64,000 nt of DNA from Dehalococcoidia bacterium (GTDB lineage Bacteria > Chloroflexota > Dehalococcoidia > Lucifugimonadales > UBA3495): assembly GCA_965232845.1 (NCBI GenBank), contig OZ247428.1:1703483-1767482 (forward strand). The letters are read 5' to 3'. Under the pieces are notes generated by a model that worked only from the letters and a program-made list of their open reading frames with translations, was not told the origin of the DNA and made no database searches. Both the position numbers and the translations under genes were made by a program. This document shows, one piece after another, positions 48,347-56,134 of this stretch (position 1 is the first letter of the stretch; every line of letters starts with the position of its first letter).

Positions 48347-48772
48347 CAGGGCAATCGCGTTTTAAGTTCGTGTTGATATGTGCAAGTTCTTTCTGATGGG
48401 AAAACATGTCACCCTGAGCTTGCCGAAGGGTCCAAAGTCCCGGCCAGGAGTCAGGCTCAAGACCCGAAACAAGGTTGCTGGGCTGGAGTTTAGATGCTTC
48501 GGCTTCGCTCAGCATGACAATCGTTTATGACGCGATTGCCTTGACAGGGCTAGCAGGGCAATCGCGTTTTAAGTTCGTGTTGATATGTGCAAGTTCTTTC
48601 TGATGGGAAAACATGTCACCCTGAGCATAAAACATGTCACCCTGAGCTTGCCGAAGGGTCTAAAGTCCCTGACAGGAGTCAGGCTCAAGGCCCGAAATCA
48701 GGTTGCTGGGATGGAGTTTAGATGCTTCGGCTTCGCTCAGCATGACAATCGTTTATAACGCGATTGCCTTGG
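48347..48772 (+). mobile_element. MITE-like element, copies B and C in tandem, flanked by a 9-10 bp direct repeat
   Basis: Unit B spans 48347-48543 (1 internal repeat) and unit C spans 48555-48772 (2 internal repeats). They are joined by the 11-nt spacer ACAGGGCTAGC. TTGTCTGGG occurs at 48338-48346 and again at 48773-48781. Confidence 0.85.
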
Positions 48773-48935
48773 TTGTCTGGGCGGCCCTGGTTAAAGCTCC
48801 GCCAGCTTGACGACTCTTGGGGGCAATGCTAGAATTCCGCTACGATTTCTGCTCATTTCTCATACGAATTTTTGGTCCGGGTAGTTCCTTGCGCGGCAGT
48901 ATTTTGAGCCGGAACACTCGGAAGGAGGATAGTTA

Positions 48936-50069
48936 ATGGCCCCGGAGATTATGAAAGGACTTAAGGACGTTTATCTCGATACCACCAAGTCCAGTTTCAT
49001 TGACGGTGAGGTGGGAAAGCTCCTGTATCGGGGCTACAACATTCACGACCTGGCGGAGAAATCCACCTTTGAAGAGGTCATCTACCTTCTTCTTTACGGT
49101 GATTTGCCCAGTCAGCAGCAATTAGCCGAGTTTGACAACCTCCTTCGTGCAAACAGGCGCATTCCTGACGAAGTTATCCAGGTCCTTGATCTGGTCAAGG
49201 GCAGCCACCCGATGGACGCCCTCCGCACCGGCCTCTCCGCCCTTTCGGCATTTGATCCTGAAGTAAACGACAATTCCGTGGAAGCCACTATCCGCAAGGG
49301 CATCCGCTTGACGGCCATGGGGCCGACCATCGTTGCTGCCCACCACAGGCTGCGCCAGGGACTGGAGCCTGTCGCTCCCAACCCGGACCTGAACCACGCT
49401 GGCAACTTCCTGTACATGCTGTTTGGCGAACTGCCCGATGAGGAAACAACGCGATTGCTGGATGTGGACTTCATCCTTCACGCGGAGCATGGCGCCAACG
49501 CGTCAGCATTCGCCGCCCGCGTGACTGCCTCCACCATCGCCGACCTTCACTCGGCCGTGGTCTCCGGAGTGGGAACCCTGAAGGGGCCCGCCCACGGTGG
49601 CGCCGCGGAAGAAGTGATGAAGATGTCGCTGGAGATCGGCCAGCCCGAGAACGCAGAGGAATACTGCCGGGCCAGGCTGGAAAGCGGGGGCCGGATTATG
49701 GGATTCGGCCACCGGGTTTACCGCGCCGAAGACCCCCGGGCCAGGCACCTGCGCGAGCGGGCACGGGCCCTCAGCGAAAAGATGGGCCAGCCCCACTGGT
49801 TCCAGATTCTCACCTACGTGGAAGAGGAAGCGATGGTGCCCTACCGGTCCCGGGGAATCCACGTCAACGTGGACTTCTTCGCCGGTTGCATCTACTACCT
49901 GCTGGGTATTACCGATGACCTGTTTATATCGATATTCGCCCTTGGCCGCATTCCAGGCTGGACGCTGCAATGCGTTGAGCAGTTTGACGACAATATCCTG
50001 ATCCGGCCGCTGCTTGAGTACACCGGCGAGATGGACCTGGAATATGTGCCGATAGAGCAGAGAGCCTAA
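48936..50069 (+). CDS. gltA: Citrate synthase (small, Gram-positive/archaeal type)
   Basis: 377 aa with the citrate synthase signatures LHAEHGANAS, GPAHGGAAEE and GFGHRVYRAEDPR. Confidence 0.9.
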   Translation: MAPEIMKGLKDVYLDTTKSSFIDGEVGKLLYRGYNIHDLAEKSTFEEVIYLLLYGDLPSQQQLAEFDNLLRANRRIPDEVIQVLDLVKGSHPMDALRTGLSALSAFDPEVNDNSVEATIRKGIRLTAMGPTIVAAHHRLRQGLEPVAPNPDLNHAGNFLYMLFGELPDEETTRLLDVDFILHAEHGANASAFAARVTASTIADLHSAVVSGVGTLKGPAHGGAAEEVMKMSLEIGQPENAEEYCRARLESGGRIMGFGHRVYRAEDPRARHLRERARALSEKMGQPHWFQILTYVEEEAMVPYRSRGIHVNVDFFAGCIYYLLGITDDLFISIFALGRIPGWTLQCVEQFDDNILIRPLLEYTGEMDLEYVPIEQRA

Positions 50070-50097
50070 AGGCCAAAGTTACCACCGGGCAAAAATG

Positions 50098-50130
50098 CAG
50101 GGCAGGCTTTTCGCCTGCCCTGTTTCTTTT
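50098..50130 (+). terminator. Rho-independent terminator of citrate synthase
   Basis: 10-bp stem CAGGGCAGGC/GCCTGCCCTG with a 5-nt loop, followed by TTTCTTTT. Confidence 0.8.
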
Positions 50131-50165
50131 GGGAATAATATACAATTTTACCCAAACCCCGACGT

Positions 50166-50438
50166 TCAGGTAGCGACAGGGTGGCAGGTGTCGGACCGGC
50201 CATCATAGTGCAGAACCTCCGGGTAACTGACTTCCTTATCGCAATCCACACAACGATATGGCGACCCGTCATATTCAGCGGGCTTTTCCTTCACGTACTT
50301 CCATTCGTGGTCCGGCGGCATGGCAAAGAACGCCTCGGCTATTTCGTCAGCCGTTGCGTCAATGCGCGGCGGCAACTGTTCGGGAACTGGTTTATCGCCC
50401 TGTCGGTTTCTCCTGCGTGGCAGCACGGCTATTCTCAT
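50166..50438 (-). CDS. Hypothetical small protein with Cys-x2-Cys...Cys-His knuckle (passenger gene 4)
   Basis: 90 aa with RCVDCDKEVSYPEVLHYDGRSDTCH. ATGA start/stop overlap with the upstream ORF. Its stop codon is 10 nt from the transposon IR. Confidence 0.5.
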   Translation of the reverse strand: MRIAVLPRRRNRQGDKPVPEQLPPRIDATADEIAEAFFAMPPDHEWKYVKEKPAEYDGSPYRCVDCDKEVSYPEVLHYDGRSDTCHPVAT

Positions 50439-50692
50439 TCTTCTTCGTCCAGAATTTCGACGAGCCTTTGTAGTTGGTCCTGGGTGTAGGTAGCTTTCAG
50501 GGTGGAGGCGACTTGGTGCAGGTTCTCACCCAGCACCATGCGCCGCCTCAAGTCTGCCGCCTTGATACCGGCTTCACGGGCGGCCGCGCTTACGCTGGGG
50601 AACTCCCCAGCCTGGACCCTCTCGAATATAGCCGGATGGTCCCGCTTTAGAATGCCCAATAAGTAGTCACTGCTTGTTCCTCGCGGTGCCAT
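50435..50692 (-). CDS. Hypothetical small protein, paralog of the C-terminal domain of the 211-aa ORF (passenger gene 3)
   Basis: 85 aa. GTSSDYLLGILKRDHPAIFERVQAGEFPSVSAAAREAGIK aligns with residues ~130-211 of the upstream ORF. The pattern looks like a helix-turn-helix. Confidence 0.5.
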   Translation of the reverse strand: MAPRGTSSDYLLGILKRDHPAIFERVQAGEFPSVSAAAREAGIKAADLRRRMVLGENLHQVASTLKATYTQDQLQRLVEILDEEE

Positions 50693-50694
50693 AG

Positions 50695-51330
50695 CTACTC
50701 ACCTTCCTCCGTCAAGACCTGGACGATCTCCTGCACCTGCTCCCGCGAGTAGTTGTCTTTCAGAGTCGCGGCTACCCGTTTGACGTTGTTCCCCAAGCTG
50801 ATAGTCTTTGGACCAGCCTTGACGATCCCGGCGTCCAGAGCGGCCTTCCTGACGGACTCATACTCACCGGCCAGCAACTTCTCAAAGACTTCCGGGGCGT
50901 CCCGCTGTATGCGTCCAGCCAAGTATTCCTCAGCAGTCCCGCCTTTCAGTTTTTCAAATTTATCATTATCAACTTGAAAGTCTGTGCTCCGGCGGTTCCC
51001 TCCGTGATCTCGAATCTTCCTGGCCGTCGCCGCCACTCGCTGGACCTGCATACGCTTCTGCGCCATCTTTGCGTCCCCGACTTCTAGGGCCTCCAGCATG
51101 GCCTCTTTGGAGCCGTAGGGGTTATCGTAGGGGATTTTCTCCCAAACCCGGAATTCCTCGGCGTCGGTCCACGTTCTGATATAAGTGTCGTAGCTCGTCT
51201 CCAAGCTCAACCACATCGTCTGAAGGGCGCTTATGGTCTGCCAGCACCAATCCGGTTCCCCCTTCTCCTTGAATCCCCTGGGGCCGCTGAAGCTGGCTTC
51301 GTCTTGCTCGGTGTATTGTCCGTTAAGCAT
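50695..51330 (-). CDS. Hypothetical protein with C-terminal HTH-like domain (passenger gene 2)
   Basis: 211 aa, overlapping the helicase ORF by 8 nt. Its C-terminus reads GGTAEEYLAGRIQRDAPEVFEKLLAGEYESVRKAALDAGIVK. Confidence 0.5.
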   Translation of the reverse strand: MLNGQYTEQDEASFSGPRGFKEKGEPDWCWQTISALQTMWLSLETSYDTYIRTWTDAEEFRVWEKIPYDNPYGSKEAMLEALEVGDAKMAQKRMQVQRVAATARKIRDHGGNRRSTDFQVDNDKFEKLKGGTAEEYLAGRIQRDAPEVFEKLLAGEYESVRKAALDAGIVKAGPKTISLGNNVKRVAATLKDNYSREQVQEIVQVLTEEGE

Positions 51331-53575
51331 TATCGAACCTCCCCTGTTCGCCTTCGGGTCGTGGCCCTATCGCCTTCCAGTGTTGTTCCATGTTGGCTTT
51401 CATCCAGTTCATTTCTTCCGGCGTTAGTGTTTGAATCAGGGTTTCAAACTGGGTTCCATTGCGCTTCCCTATCCTTCTGTAATGGTGGCCCCAAACGTCA
51501 TGGGTCATCACTCGCTGAAAATTGCGCCTATTCTCTTCGGATCCAGGTACATAGCGCCCATGTTTCTCTGCAAATATCACATTGCCAATCTTTTTTGCAA
51601 GTTCGGTAATATCCTTCTGCAAAGCCGACAGTTCTGCTTCCAAATTCCGGTGTGTTGTTCCTGCCGTATCGGGAGCAGGTTCCCTAACATCTTCTAGTTT
51701 TGGGACTAACCCTTTACGAAGCGCGTTCTCAACAGTCTGGGCAAAGCGCGGCTTGGTTATGGCGTTGTAAAGGTCTGGGTCCTGTCCAAATACATAGTCC
51801 GTGAAATCCACCATGTCGCCAGAGGCTTTGTTGTCGTCGCTGTCTTGGAGAATAGTAGGCGGCATTATGTCCTCCGCCTCCAGCGACGTATGGGGCGGCG
51901 GCGGATTGTGTTCTGGCTCAAAGGTCCGAAGTAGGGTTTCATCCCCTCTCTCCATGACCAAATACTCCCCACCTTGTTCCTTTATGAGGTCGTCGAACAG
52001 TTCTGTAGATAGGTAGTCCTCGGGGCTGATGTAGGTGCAATATTGTGCCAAGTCAGTAGGCTCGGGGCCATACTTCCACATTGTGCAGGGTCGAGTGATT
52101 CGCTGAATAAAGGCGTTGGCCGTCCTGATGTTGGACAAGTCCAGCTCCACTTTTAAGCTGGGAACGTCCAGGCCGCGGCCGGCCATCTGTTTCACGATGA
52201 TGACGTCGTGGTCGCCACCCACGAAAGAGTCTATGGTCCTAATGGCGTCTTCGTCATCGGAGGTAGCTATTGCGGCATTCAACCGACCATTGGACAGCCT
52301 TCGCACCGCAGATAGCACATCTTGAGCGTGTTGATTCTCCCAGGTATCCAGTTCTTGATTGTTGCTTCCCACGAAAATGATTCCTTGAGTCGCGCTGGTT
52401 CCCTCCGCCATCCGACGTTCAACCATTTCGTCAATAAAGATTCGCACGCTCCTCTCGATGATGTGGCCTTTTCGCAGTTCAGTCCGTAATACTTGACGCA
52501 CTCCGTCCTCATCGCTTTCGTCTAGCTCTGACAATTTCATTGCCCCCACAGGGTCGTCGGTGGCCTCCAAGCGTTCAGTCAGAAGTATGTCGAATTTCCG
52601 ATGGTATATCTTACAGAGAATAGGGGGGTCAGCTTCGTCCCAAACTGTCCGGAACTCTGTTAGATGGTCCGGCTGCATTTGTAGCCACTGTCGGGTCTCT
52701 TCAAACTCGCCCATCAGCCCGTTGCCCACGGGCCGGTAATATTTGCTGTCCCATGAATCGCCAAGTGGATAGACATGGAAGTTCGGTATCTGTTGGCGGT
52801 CTGTTCTAAACGGGGTAGCCGTCACCATCACCACGATGCAACCCTCTTCCTGTAGAGCAGCCAGGGTCTTCCCCCAAACACTACTCACGCTGACCGTATG
52901 ACACTCATCGAAGAAAACAACGGGTGGCACCCCGTGTATTCGCGTCATGTGTCTAACCCACTCGGAAATTGGTGAAAGACGGTTAGTAGCCATTTGAATT
53001 GTCATGCCAACCAAGTCAACATTCCGTATCGCATACGGACGGAACGGACCTGTCATAGGATATATGGCTGGTGAGTAGTCCACTACTCCGTAGCGGTCGA
53101 AAGACTCTTGCGCCTTGCCCGGGTCGAAGGCTTGGTGGAGCAGTATTCGGTCTGGCACCAATATCAGAGCAGCACTAGCCCATTTATCCCGAATCAACCG
53201 GAGGCCGCCGATCCGCATTACGTCGGTCTTGCCGACCCGTGGAGGTAGAACGAGGGACACCCCTTTTGCTCCCTCTCGGACCTTTTCGACCAATTTGTTG
53301 TAGGCTTGAAGCTGATATGTACGAAAAGCGGTTTCGTCAATATTGAAATCGTGCCGGTCGCTCATTTTGACTTCCTTTCGTAGATTGCATTTGGGACAGA
53401 GAGCTTGCATTTCAAACAGGTTTGTTCTCTGCGAAACTGACCAGGGCACGATATGGTCAGCGTGCCAATTATCGGGCAGGTCCTCGCCGCAGTGAGGACA
53501 TACCCCGTCGTTCTCGAAATACAGGTAAGCCCGCAGGTCTGGATTTCTCAAGAATCGTCCTTGTGGGCCGGCCAC
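51323..53575 (-). CDS. HNH endonuclease - SF2 (DExH) helicase fusion protein (passenger gene 1)
   Basis: 750 aa. The HNH domain reads CPHCGEDLPDNWHADHIVPWS...N...LCPKCNLRK. Helicase motifs are PPRVGKT (I), FFDECH (II), VTATP (III) and QMAGRGLD (VI). A ~250-aa C-terminal region has no recognisable motif. Confidence 0.75.
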   Translation of the reverse strand: MAGPQGRFLRNPDLRAYLYFENDGVCPHCGEDLPDNWHADHIVPWSVSQRTNLFEMQALCPKCNLRKEVKMSDRHDFNIDETAFRTYQLQAYNKLVEKVREGAKGVSLVLPPRVGKTDVMRIGGLRLIRDKWASAALILVPDRILLHQAFDPGKAQESFDRYGVVDYSPAIYPMTGPFRPYAIRNVDLVGMTIQMATNRLSPISEWVRHMTRIHGVPPVVFFDECHTVSVSSVWGKTLAALQEEGCIVVMVTATPFRTDRQQIPNFHVYPLGDSWDSKYYRPVGNGLMGEFEETRQWLQMQPDHLTEFRTVWDEADPPILCKIYHRKFDILLTERLEATDDPVGAMKLSELDESDEDGVRQVLRTELRKGHIIERSVRIFIDEMVERRMAEGTSATQGIIFVGSNNQELDTWENQHAQDVLSAVRRLSNGRLNAAIATSDDEDAIRTIDSFVGGDHDVIIVKQMAGRGLDVPSLKVELDLSNIRTANAFIQRITRPCTMWKYGPEPTDLAQYCTYISPEDYLSTELFDDLIKEQGGEYLVMERGDETLLRTFEPEHNPPPPHTSLEAEDIMPPTILQDSDDNKASGDMVDFTDYVFGQDPDLYNAITKPRFAQTVENALRKGLVPKLEDVREPAPDTAGTTHRNLEAELSALQKDITELAKKIGNVIFAEKHGRYVPGSEENRRNFQRVMTHDVWGHHYRRIGKRNGTQFETLIQTLTPEEMNWMKANMEQHWKAIGPRPEGEQGRFDNA

Positions 53576-54543
53576 TATGCCGTCCTCCCCAACCTGGTTT
53601 CTTTGGGGCCAATCAGGTCCTCGAACCGCAGTTGCTTTCCATCCCCGCCGGCCACCATAGACTCCTTCTGGTCAGCGGTGTCCAGCGGACGGCGATTGTG
53701 GCGCCCCTTAAACTCGTCAACATAGCGATGCAAGTGCTTGGGACTCATCTTGTGATAGGTTCCTGTTTGGCCCCGTTTCAGCATTGAACAAAAGCTCTCC
53801 ATCCCGTTGGTGAAGACCTGTTCTCGGACATATTCACCGATGCTATGGCGGACGGCCTCATGGCGGCGATTTAACCCGCGATAAGCGGACGCTTCATCCG
53901 TGTACACGGTTGCCCCAAACTCCGTCCCCATGTGAACAAACCCTTGGAGCGTGGAGGGTCGGCTGACTCCACTACCTCGGCCATGACCCGGTTGGTGGGC
54001 TTGTCCTTCATCCCGATTACTGCTTTCTTCCCCAAGCCCCGCGCCCAGCTCACAATTTCTGATCTGAATGCTTGTTCTTCTCCAAACCTCCCATGTAGGT
54101 TTCATCGGCCTCGACAGGCCCCGCGAAGCGGTCCGCAGTCTCGTTCCACGACTCGCGGATCCGGTGAGCCATGTGCCAAGCGGCCTTTTGAGTAATGCCA
54201 AAATCCCTGTGGAGTTTCATCGAAGAGACTCCCTTGAGACTGGTGCTATACAGGAAGAAGGCTATCGCCCACTTGGAGAGGGGAATATTGGAACTGTGCA
54301 GGAGAGAACCCGTTTTGACAGAGAAGTCCTTCCGGCAATCCCTGCAGCGGAAGGGTTATGGTTTGCGGGTGGGGTGAGCCTAGATGTTCTGGCTCTTGCA
54401 CTTTGGGCACGTTATCCCGTTGCGCCAGCGTTTCTCTATAAACCAAGCCTTGGCCTGTTCCTCGGTGCTGATGCGTTGAACAGCTTCTACGAGAGTGATA
54501 CCCTTGGGAAAGCCTTACCTGGGGCCCTTCCGGTAGAGGACAT
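53575..54543 (-). pseudogene. IS1595-family (ISXO2-like) transposase, inactivated
   Basis: Zinc ribbon CPKCKSQNI...FRCRDCRKDF, the HTH-like block KLHRDFGITQKAAWHMAHRIRE, DDE block VEADETYMGG, and a C-terminal ISXO2-like region are all recognisable. I saw in-frame TAG and TAA near 54380-54355, a TGA near 54060, and frameshifts near 54500, 54040 and 53930. Confidence 0.75.
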
Positions 54544-54731
54544 CAAAACCACCGTGTGAGTATAGTTATGCCTATAACTATACCCTTTGCCAGCTACCGG
54601 GTCAAGTAGAAAATGTCAGTGTTGGGTAAAATTGTATATAATTCCTTTTCTTCTGCTGTTCGAATCCAGTGGGAGAGAAGCCTCCAACTGGGGATTGTCC
54701 TCTCTGTATTTGGGCCCATCAGGGCTGATGC

Positions 54732-55238
54732 TTACTCTTCAGATTTCAGCTGCTCCATTCGGTCCTGATGGACGCCGTCCCAATACCCGGCCCACTCTAC
54801 CCGCGTGTCCGTTTCGGTCTTGCCGGGCACATAGGCGGGGGAGACCAGCGGCAGTGCCCGTTCAACCTTGACAAGGACGTAGGCCCGGGCCGGCAGCCGC
54901 ACTTGGTGGACGCCCCGGGTGCCGTGTTCGAAGGCTTGGAAGATCTCGTCGAAAAGGGTTTCGTCGGTCTCCTTTTCGATGATCCGGGCGATTCCCTTGA
55001 AGCGGTAACCCTTGCGGGAATAGAGGTCTACCAGGTTTATTTCCACCGCCGGGTTCTGGCGCAGGTTGGCCATAGTTACGGGCGAAGCCAGGTCTGCGAA
55101 GAGCAGGTGATCATCGTCCCACACTGCGGCTGTACCCTTGGGTGAAAGGTTGGGGGTACCATCGGGGCAGACCGTGGCAACGAACCCCAGCCGCTGCTGC
55201 CGGACCACTCGCTTCATGTCTTCGGTTAGAATGCTCAT
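54732..55238 (-). CDS. Pyridoxamine 5'-phosphate oxidase-family (FMN-binding split barrel) protein
   Basis: The start is set at the ATG at 55238 (GGGGAGA RBS). MKRVVRQQRLGFVATVCPDGTPNLSPKG...NLRQNPAVEINLVD is typical of the PNPOx-like family. Confidence 0.7.
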   Translation of the reverse strand: MSILTEDMKRVVRQQRLGFVATVCPDGTPNLSPKGTAAVWDDDHLLFADLASPVTMANLRQNPAVEINLVDLYSRKGYRFKGIARIIEKETDETLFDEIFQAFEHGTRGVHQVRLPARAYVLVKVERALPLVSPAYVPGKTETDTRVEWAGYWDGVHQDRMEQLKSEE

Positions 55239-55296
55239 TTCAGTCTCCCCATCTAAAGTCGGCTTGCCGCCAATGGAAGCGTTTCCATAAGCAGCC

Positions 55297-55481
55297 CAGG
55301 GCAATCGCATCTTAAGCGCTGCTGTCCACTAAAGCTGTAAAACATGTCACCCTGAGCTTGCCGAAGGGTCTAAAGTCCCTGACAGGAGTCAGGCTCAAGA
55401 CCCGAAACAAGGTTGCTGGGTTGGAGTTTAGATGCTTCGGCTTCGCACAGCATGACAATCGTTTATAACGCGATTGCCCTG
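55297..55481 (+). mobile_element. MITE-like element, copy D (divergent left arm)
   Basis: It has the same TIR (CAGGGCAATCGC... / ...AACGCGATTGCCCTG) and the same core as copies B and C. The first ~45 nt differ. It abuts the truncated IS630 transposase fragment. Confidence 0.8.
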
Positions 55482-55488
55482 CTAGGCA

Positions 55489-56134
55489 GTGACCAGAGCT
55501 CGTATCCTGCTGAAGACCGATGAGGGGGGGACCGCTTCCCGGGTAGCGGCTGCTTTTGACGTGTCGGAGCGCACGGTGCGCCGGGCCAAGCGCCGCTACG
55601 CGGAGGAGGAACTGGAGGAGGCGCTGCGGCACCACAACTCGCCCACACCTCACTGCAAGGTGGATGAGAAGGTGGAAGCCCACCTGATCGCCCTGGCCTG
55701 CAGCCCGGCCCCCGAGGGTCACGACCACTGGACCCTGCGGTTGCTGGCGGACAAGACGGTGGAGTTGGGCCTGGTGGAATCCCTTTCGTACGAGACGGTG
55801 CGGCTGCACCTGAAAAAACACGCTCAAGCCGTGGCTCAAGCAGCAGTGGTGCATCCCCAAGGTAGGCGCTGAGTTCGTGGCCAACATGGAGGACGTGCTA
55901 GACCTGTACGCCGAATCCTATGACCCCCAGAGGCCGGTGGTCTGCTTTGATGAGAGTTCCACCCAGTTGCTGGCCGATACCAGGGAGTCGCTACCAGCAG
56001 GGCCTGGGCGACCGAGACGGGAGGACTACGAGTACGTGAGGGCTGGCACCCGCAACCTGTTTCTCACCTGTGAGCCCAAGGCGGGCTGGCGCCACGTGGC
56101 CGTCACCCAGCGGCGAACCATTCAAAGTTTGTAA
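55489..56134 (+). pseudogene. IS630-family transposase fragment (both ends missing, frameshifted)
   Basis: RARILLKTDEGG...HWTLRLLADK...ETVRLHLKK continues in the +1 frame as TLKPWLKQQWCIPKVGAEFVANMEDVLDLY...VCFDESS. The break is at CTGAAAAAAC (~55812). The N-terminal ~40 aa and the whole DDE C-terminal half are absent. Confidence 0.75.

Larger units (their letters stand above)
50131..54646 (-). mobile_element. IS1595-type transposon carrying four passenger genes (transposase inactivated)
   Basis: The 24-bp terminal inverted repeat GGAATAATATACAATTTTACCCAA (50132-50155) matches the reverse complement of 54622-54645 at 23 of 24 positions. All five internal ORFs are co-oriented. The flanks TTTCTTTT and TTTCTTCT are a possible degenerate 8-bp TSD. 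Confidence 0.7.

Noticed and set aside
43304-48772. Possible CRISPR array suggested by short direct repeats (addA 12-nt repeats, MITE 21-nt repeats).
   Set aside because: The repeats are contiguous with no unique spacers. They are only 12-21 nt long, lie inside an ORF or a MITE, and no cas genes are present.
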